A program made the position numbers and the translations under genes. 53,439 nt of DNA from Betaproteobacteria bacterium. GTDB taxonomy: Bacteria > Pseudomonadota > Gammaproteobacteria > Burkholderiales > JAYUZG01. Numbering within the stretch: position 1 is the first letter of the stretch; each line of letters starts with the position of its first letter. Positions 48,224-53,439 of this stretch are shown one piece after another. Under the pieces are notes generated by a model that did no database searches, had not been told where the DNA came from, and was given only the letters and a program-made list of their open reading frames with translations. Location of the stretch: NCBI GenBank assembly GCA_043751985.1, contig JAYUZG010000019.1, positions 1 to 53,439 on the forward strand, given 5' to 3'.

Positions 48224-48831
48224 GCATCGTTGGCACAGGACGACGAAGCAAGCTGCTCGTAATCTGGTTGATGCTGGCCGCGCTGATTGCCGCGATCGCC
48301 TATATTGAGTCCTCCAGACGTAAGGGGGCCGAGGTAGAAGCCGTGAGTGACGCGCGAGCACGCCTGCTGCTTCCCGTCCCGATCGCCGACCTCGGCGCGA
48401 TCGAAGTTGCGGTATCGGGAACCCTGCACCGTTTCGAGCGCGATTTCGCTGGTATCTGGTTCTATCACGGTGTGCACGCGACGGCGCAGCCCGGTCACGG
48501 ACACACGGTTGACGCGGCGGTCGCGCAGCGCATCGAGCACACCTTTGCGGCGCTGGATCGCGCGCGCATGGAGCGCGAGCTGAAGCTGGATTTGCACGCC
48601 GGCGAATACGGTGTGACCACACCGCGAATCATCCTGCTGGTGTACGCGAAAGGCGCAACGCAGCCACTGGCGCAATATGCGATCGGCGATGTCGCACCGG
48701 ATGGTCTAAGCCGCTACGTGCTGCGCGTTGGCAGCGCCAGCGTGGTCACCATCGCGACCTATCAGATCGACAACCTGATGAATTTGATTCAATCGGTCTC
48801 AGTTTCGCCGCTTCAGCCCGGGAAGCCCTAA
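48208..48831 (+). CDS. DUF4340-like protein
   Basis: It has an N-terminal anchor, LLVIWLMLAALIAAIAYI. It follows the gldG-like gene, which is the usual DUF4340 position. The start is ATG 48208, or GTG 48220 (a GTGA overlap). Confidence 0.6.
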   Translation: METTVSIVGTGRRSKLLVIWLMLAALIAAIAYIESSRRKGAEVEAVSDARARLLLPVPIADLGAIEVAVSGTLHRFERDFAGIWFYHGVHATAQPGHGHTVDAAVAQRIEHTFAALDRARMERELKLDLHAGEYGVTTPRIILLVYAKGATQPLAQYAIGDVAPDGLSRYVLRVGSASVVTIATYQIDNLMNLIQSVSVSPLQPGKP

Positions 48832-48849
48832 GTATGGAGCGCGCCTAAG

Positions 48850-49926
48850 ATGCGATCCGTTTTCGCACCATTTATTCGTATCGCCGCGCTGTTATTTTGC
48901 GTAGGGATGGCGACTCAGGAAGCGGCTGCGCACAGTGGCGCCAGTACTGGGTTTGCGAGCATTACTCTCAGCGCCAACACTGCGCGCTACACGTTGACGC
49001 TTGCACAAATCCCGCCGGGGCCGCTCGCTTCTCGAATGCACGCGGACACCGCGTCCCCGGACTACCCGCAACTGCTCGCGGCGGTGCGCAGCGGCGTTCG
49101 CATCAGTAACGATGGCTTGAATTGCGCGCCAAGCGAAGGGCAGGTCACTGCTCCCGGCGCGAACGACCCGGGTATCAAGCTCACGCTGGACTTTGTTTGC
49201 ACGCAAGCGTTGCGCAAAGTGACGATCCACGATGAAACGATGGAGGACCTAGGCAAGGATCATCACACTCTGGCGATGATCGTGTGGACTGGCGGCAGCC
49301 AGCAGTTCGCGTTCGGTGCGGATGCGCGCGAAACTCAGATTACGCTCGGCGGCACGCAGGCAACGGCACGCGGCGCCGGCAGTTTCTATCCGCTGGGAAT
49401 CGAGCACATTCTCACCGGCTATGATCACTTGGTGTTTTTGCTGGCGCTGATTCTGCGCGGCGGAAACATCTGGTCATTGCTGAAGATCATTACTGCTTTT
49501 ACTCTGGCGCACAGCGTCACGCTGGCGCTCGCGGCGTTGAACATCGTGGTCATGCCCGAGCGGTTGATCGAAGCGACGATCGCGCTGTCCATCGCCTACG
49601 TTGCGGCGGAGAATCTTTTTCTCAAGCAAACGATTTCTCATCGCTGGGCGGTCAGCTTTCTTTTCGGCCTGGTGCATGGCTTCGGCTTTTCCAACGTGCT
49701 GCGGGAACTCGGACTCCCCAGCGAAGGCCTCGCCTGGTCATTGCTCAATTTCAACTTGGGCGTGGAAACCGGCCAAGCCGTCGCCGTGTTGATCGCCGTT
49801 CCGGTTCTCATCTGGCTGCGGCGCTTTCGTTGGGAGCCGCGCGCAGTGACCGCTGTATCGGCCATCGTCTTATTGGCGGGGCTCGGCCTGTTCGTGGACC
49901 GCGCGTTCTTCGAGTCGTTCGGGTAA
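48850..49926 (+). CDS. HupE/UreJ-family membrane protein with an N-terminal periplasmic domain of about 170 aa
   Basis: The signal peptide ends AAA|HSG. The C-terminal core (GIEHILTGYDHLVFLLALIL...LAHSVTLA...GLVHGFGFS...GVETGQ) matches the HupE_UreJ_2 type. Confidence 0.75.
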   Translation: MRSVFAPFIRIAALLFCVGMATQEAAAHSGASTGFASITLSANTARYTLTLAQIPPGPLASRMHADTASPDYPQLLAAVRSGVRISNDGLNCAPSEGQVTAPGANDPGIKLTLDFVCTQALRKVTIHDETMEDLGKDHHTLAMIVWTGGSQQFAFGADARETQITLGGTQATARGAGSFYPLGIEHILTGYDHLVFLLALILRGGNIWSLLKIITAFTLAHSVTLALAALNIVVMPERLIEATIALSIAYVAAENLFLKQTISHRWAVSFLFGLVHGFGFSNVLRELGLPSEGLAWSLLNFNLGVETGQAVAVLIAVPVLIWLRRFRWEPRAVTAVSAIVLLAGLGLFVDRAFFESFG

Positions 49927-50604
49927 TTACAGGCGTCCGCTTTCGGCGAAAGAGTACGGCGCGCTTGAACCCGCGACGATAAAATGATCCAGCACGCGCA
50001 CGTCAATCAGAGCAAGGGCGTCTTTCAAGGCACGCGTAAGCTGATCGTCCGCATGACTCGGCTCCGCAACGCCTGACGGATGATTGTGAGCAAAAATTAC
50101 CGCAGCGGCGTTGCGTTCCTGCGCGCGCTTCACCACTTCGCGCGGGAACACGCTAGTCTGCGTCAAGGTACCGCTAAACAACTCGTCAACCGCCAAAGTA
50201 CGATTTTGCGCATCGAGAAAGATCGCTACAAACACTTCAACCGCACGGCTCTGAATCGTGAGGCGCAGATAATCGCGCACCGCGCCCGGCGAGGTCAGAC
50301 TGACTCCGGCGCGCAACTGACCTTCCAATACGCGCCGCGCCAACTCGACCGCCGCGTGAAATTGCACGTACTTCGCCTCACCCAGGCCCAGCAGCGAACA
50401 GAACGCATTCTTGTCCGCCGCCCACAACCCACCCAGGCTGCCGAAGCGCGCCAACATCTCGCGCGCCAGATCCACCGCGCTCTTACCTTTGACCCCGGTG
50501 CGCAGGAAAATCGCCAGCAACTCCGAATCGGAAAGCGCGGCAGCACCCTGCGTTAGAAGTTTTTCACGTGGCCGGTCGCCTTGCGGCCAATCACTGATTG
50601 CCAT
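49927..50604 (-). CDS. radC: RadC-family JAB-domain protein (UPF0758)
   Basis: The ORF is 225 aa. The N-terminal region includes PREKLL. The JAMM motif reads [14 protein letters not shown]. Confidence 0.9.
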   Translation of the reverse strand: MAISDWPQGDRPREKLLTQGAAALSDSELLAIFLRTGVKGKSAVDLAREMLARFGSLGGLWAADKNAFCSLLGLGEAKYVQFHAAVELARRVLEGQLRAGVSLTSPGAVRDYLRLTIQSRAVEVFVAIFLDAQNRTLAVDELFSGTLTQTSVFPREVVKRAQERNAAAVIFAHNHPSGVAEPSHADDQLTRALKDALALIDVRVLDHFIVAGSSAPYSFAESGRL

Positions 50605-50705
50605 CGGGGTAAGAGAGCTTTGATTTTGTTGAACGGCGGCCGTAGGGAGGAATGGTTAAGCTTAGTTTACACTCTGAATCTATGAATCAAGACAGCCCAA
50701 GGCTC

Positions 50706-51920
50706 ATGAGCAATTTGCACTCGAAGCACGTCTTACTCGGCGTGACGGGTGGTGTCGCCGCGTATAAAGCCGCCGAGTTGACGCGGGTCTTGATCAAGGA
50801 AGGCGCGCAAGTGCAAGTCGTGATGACCGCAGCCGCGGAGCGGTTCGTGACCGCGACCACGTTTCAGGCGCTCTCCGGCCGCGCGGTATTTTCCAGTTTA
50901 TGGGACAGCAGCGCCGCGGCGGACGGCATGCCGCATATCGAGCTCTCACGCGCGGCCGATTGCATTGTGGTGGCTCCGGCGAGCGCTGACTTCATCGCCA
51001 AACTTGCGCACGGCTTGGCGGACGATCTGCTGTCCACTTTGTGCCTGGCGCGCGAATGCCCGTTGTTGATCGCGCCGGCGATGAACCGTCAAATGTGGGA
51101 CAACGCCGCGACGCAACGCAATCTCACGCAGATCGCCGCGGATGGAATCTCCCTGTCCGGCCCGGGCAGCGGCGATCAGGCCTGCGGCGAAGTCGGCATA
51201 GGCCGCATGCTAGAGGCCGAACAGATTGTCGAAGATGTGCGCACGTTATTTCAACCTGCGCTGCTGGCGGGAGTTAGAGTTCTGGTGACTGCTGGCCCGA
51301 CCTTCGAAGCGCTCGACGCCGTGCGCGTAATCACTAATCGTAGCTCTGGAAAAATGGGCTATGCCTGCGCGCGTGCCGCGCTTGAAGCGGGCGCGCAGGT
51401 CACGCTGATCTCCGGTCCCGTGGCGCTGAGCGCGCCGCGTGGCGCGACTCTCATTTCCGTGACCAGCGCGGACCAAATGCTGCACGCGGTAAATCAGCAC
51501 GCGGCCGCGTCTGATATTTTCATGTCGGTCGCGGCGGTGGCAGACTACCGGCCGGTGCAATCCGTCGCGCAAAAATTAAAGAAAAGCGCGCAGACGCTAA
51601 ACATCGAACTGCAGCCCACGCCCGATATTCTGGCCAGCATGGCGAGTCGCGCGGATGCGCCGTTCTGCGTGGGCTTCGCGGCGGAGAGCGAAAATTTGCA
51701 CGCCTACGCCGAGGAGAAGCGACGGCGCAAGAAACTGCCGCTGCTCGCCGCTAACTTGGTCCAAACCGCGGTGGGCAGCGACGACAACGAGCTCACGTTG
51801 TTCGACGATAACGGCAGCCACGTATTACCGAGAGCCAGCAAGATCGCGCAGGCGCGCAGGCTCGTTGCGCATATGGCGCGGCTTTATCGCGCGAACAATC
51901 CAATACGCGCGCCGCGCTGA
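50706..51920 (+). CDS. coaBC: Bifunctional phosphopantothenoylcysteine decarboxylase / phosphopantothenate--cysteine ligase
   Basis: It carries [17 protein letters not shown], and the later stretch AGPT...D.VR.ITN.SSGKMG. The ATG at 50706 fits homolog N-termini. The ORF opens at 50652. Confidence 0.9.
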   Translation: MSNLHSKHVLLGVTGGVAAYKAAELTRVLIKEGAQVQVVMTAAAERFVTATTFQALSGRAVFSSLWDSSAAADGMPHIELSRAADCIVVAPASADFIAKLAHGLADDLLSTLCLARECPLLIAPAMNRQMWDNAATQRNLTQIAADGISLSGPGSGDQACGEVGIGRMLEAEQIVEDVRTLFQPALLAGVRVLVTAGPTFEALDAVRVITNRSSGKMGYACARAALEAGAQVTLISGPVALSAPRGATLISVTSADQMLHAVNQHAAASDIFMSVAAVADYRPVQSVAQKLKKSAQTLNIELQPTPDILASMASRADAPFCVGFAAESENLHAYAEEKRRRKKLPLLAANLVQTAVGSDDNELTLFDDNGSHVLPRASKIAQARRLVAHMARLYRANNPIRAPR

Positions 51921-51922
51921 GC

Positions 51923-52369
51923 ATGCAGTCGCTCGACGTAAAAATTCTCGATCCGCGCATCAAACAACAGATGCCGGCCTACGCCACTCAAGGCTCGGCC
52001 GGGCTCGATTTACGTGCCTGCATCGACAGCGCGCTCGAGCTACGTCCCGGCCAGTCGGAATTGGTTCCTACGGGAATCGCGATTCACATCGGCAATACGC
52101 AATACGCGGCGCTGATCTTGCCGCGCTCGGGACTCGGACACAAGGGAATCGTGCTGGGAAACCTGGTCGGGCTGATCGATTCGGATTACCAGGGACAGAT
52201 TTTTGTTTCCGTGTGGAATCGAGGCAGTGAAAAATTCACCCTCAATCCCTTCGACCGAATCGCGCAAATGGTCATCGTCCCGATTGCGCAAGTGCGCTTT
52301 AACATCGTCGACGACTTCGATGCCTCGTCACGCGGCACGGGCGGGTTCGGCAGCACTGGCAAGTTATGA
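51923..52369 (+). CDS. dut: dUTP diphosphatase
   Basis: The ORF is 148 aa. It carries [27 protein letters not shown] and GGFGSTG motifs. Confidence 0.93.
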   Translation: MQSLDVKILDPRIKQQMPAYATQGSAGLDLRACIDSALELRPGQSELVPTGIAIHIGNTQYAALILPRSGLGHKGIVLGNLVGLIDSDYQGQIFVSVWNRGSEKFTLNPFDRIAQMVIVPIAQVRFNIVDDFDASSRGTGGFGSTGKL

Positions 52370-52465
52370 CCAATAGCTCGAATCAAATCATTGCGAACGG
52401 AGCCGAGTCGCGCGACTCCTGAGCGGAGCGAGTGGTACGTGCGGGCGGATCCGCCGGGCTCCCGC

Positions 52466-52750
52466 TTATTTCTCTCGTCCCGCCTCGTGCACTGTTTTCT
52501 GCACCGGCGACAAAAGATATTCCATCACTGTGCGATTCCCCAGATTGACTTCCGCAGACACCTGCATCCCGGCGGTGAGCGGGAAGCGTTTTCCGTCGTG
52601 TTCAAGATAGGGGGATTCCATCGCGACGATAGTCCGAAACCCCGAGGGTGGCATGACATGGCTTCGGGTGTCCTTGCGGTCGCGCTCGCGCGTATCCGGT
52701 AGATCGGCCGCGTCAGGACTGATGTACTCGACTCTACCAACATGATTATT
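52466..52750 (-). pseudogene. 3'-terminal remnant of a HlyD-family type I secretion adaptor gene
   Basis: The translation is GRVEYISPDA...FPLTAGMQVSAEVNLGNRTVMEYLLSPVQKTVHEAGREK. This matches only the last about 95 residues of HlyD-type proteins (compare E. coli HlyD ...SSGMAVTAEIKTGMRSVISYLLSPLEESVTESLRER). No N-terminal part exists in any frame upstream. Confidence 0.7.
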
Positions 52751-53354
52751 TCCCCCGTTGGTCAACGTATTCGTATTCGCATACCGCAATATTTATGATT
52801 GCTATGTGCTCGATTCTGGGACCGGATACAGTGTCAAAGATGTGCAGTGCTGCATCGATGCCATTATCTCCATAGTCAAAACGCGAGAGGTGCGCTCTTC
52901 CTTGAAACAAGAGAACTTCATAAGACCAAGCGAATTGCCTGTTATAACTAGAGTCGAACATTCCGGTGGTCTCATCCATTACCAATAATCTTGGAACGTT
53001 TTGCACGGGACGGTCCGGGTCAAATGCCTGGCACTCTTGATCGAACATCCTATACACCAGATCGATCTTGCCGTCGTGATTGAGATCCAACCGCGCTCTC
53101 GAAAACCGTACTACTTTGTCTTTTATTCTCTGCACGAGGCGGACTTCGGATTTCTTCCATTCTTGCTCTCGCCAGATGCCTTCTGACTCGCCTGTCCTGT
53201 TATTGCGTATGGAGATCCGTGCACGCTCGAATTTCTCTATCAATGCGAAGTTCTCCCTCGGGTCAAGGTCCTCCCAGTTCGGGAACGAGAAGTTTTGGCG
53301 GAAGACTTCTCCGATCTTGACCTTGCACAAATTCGGTGGAACTGATCTTGTCAA
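52746..53354 (-). CDS. Hypothetical protein in a low-GC segment
   Basis: The ORF is 202 aa with a TTG start. It uses A/T-ending codons (aga, ata, tta, gta) that look uncommon in the neighbouring genes I read. It has a single DLNHDGKIDL motif (DxNxDGxxD, Ca-binding-like). I recognise no family. Confidence 0.55.
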   Translation of the reverse strand: MTRSVPPNLCKVKIGEVFRQNFSFPNWEDLDPRENFALIEKFERARISIRNNRTGESEGIWREQEWKKSEVRLVQRIKDKVVRFSRARLDLNHDGKIDLVYRMFDQECQAFDPDRPVQNVPRLLVMDETTGMFDSSYNRQFAWSYEVLLFQGRAHLSRFDYGDNGIDAALHIFDTVSGPRIEHIAIINIAVCEYEYVDQRGK

Positions 53355-53369
53355 CTTTTCGTTGAGGGT

Positions 53370-53439
53370 TTAAGCCGCTCTTTTTTGCAGCCGAGCGGAT
53401 TGGCTGTTGTTACGGGAAATGGCGATCAGTTCGTCGTTC
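53370..53439 (-). CDS. 3' end of a gene running in from beyond the window edge (unidentified)
   Basis: An open frame reads ...NDELIAISRNNSQSARLQKRAA* with TAA at 53370-53372. It is too short to identify. Its position upstream of a HlyD remnant would fit a T1SS ABC exporter C-terminus, but that is a guess. Confidence 0.25.
   Translation of the reverse strand, partial: NDELIAISRNNSQSARLQKRAA

Noticed and set aside
52405-52465. Palindromes gagtcgcgcgactc (52405-52418) and ggcggatccgcc (within 52441-52465) lie between dut and the HlyD remnant.
   Set aside because: They may act as a terminator for the convergent units, since a T-rich run follows. The stems are short and lack a clean loop, so I did not call a feature.
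1-53439. I searched for tRNA, rRNA, integrase, transposase and cas genes as island markers.
   Set aside because: I saw no T-loop (GGTTCGAATCC-like) context outside coding regions. No recombinase-like ORFs appear in any frame of the supplied track.

Overview
The window is a 53.4-kb chromosomal segment from a proteobacterium. G+C is about 60% from hand counts of sampled lines. The gene order (pcnB-folK-dNK-panB-panC; hda-perM divergent from purM-purN-DUF3108-rsmB; rpmB-rpmG; radC divergent from coaBC-dut) looks beta- or gammaproteobacterial. All protein calls come from motif and architecture recognition by eye. No database search was possible. I support about 55 CDS and found no rRNA, tRNA, CRISPR array, integrase or transposase. 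The left third (0.4-25 kb) is accessory or catabolic. It holds a DyP peroxidase, an APC-permease/hybrid histidine-kinase fusion that overlaps a DUF1330/alpha-beta-hydrolase fusion by ATGA, and oxidoreductases. It also holds an esterase, a BrnT/BrnA toxin-antitoxin pair, a PaaI thioesterase and an FMO-type monooxygenase. A livHMGF-like ABC importer without a binding protein sits in one operon with beta-oxidation enzymes, divergent from an acyl-CoA ligase. The middle (25-43 kb) is housekeeping. Within it, a peroxiredoxin, a DUF1631 protein and a small acidic protein lie between the HAD-IB gene and pcnB. A six-gene plus-strand block (43.9-49.9 kb) lies between rpmB and radC. It encodes a secreted MBL hydrolase, an ABC-2 ATPase and permease, a GldG-like protein, a DUF4340-like protein and an extended HupE/UreJ protein. 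It carries His/Met-rich patches. After dut, the right edge contains a 3' remnant of a HlyD-type gene abutting a roughly 48% G+C gene of unknown function. GTAG-headed REP-like palindromes occur in several intergenic regions. The candidates most worth follow-up are the permease-kinase module, the rpmB/radC-inserted ABC-2/GldG/HupE block and the low-GC gene at the T1SS remnant.
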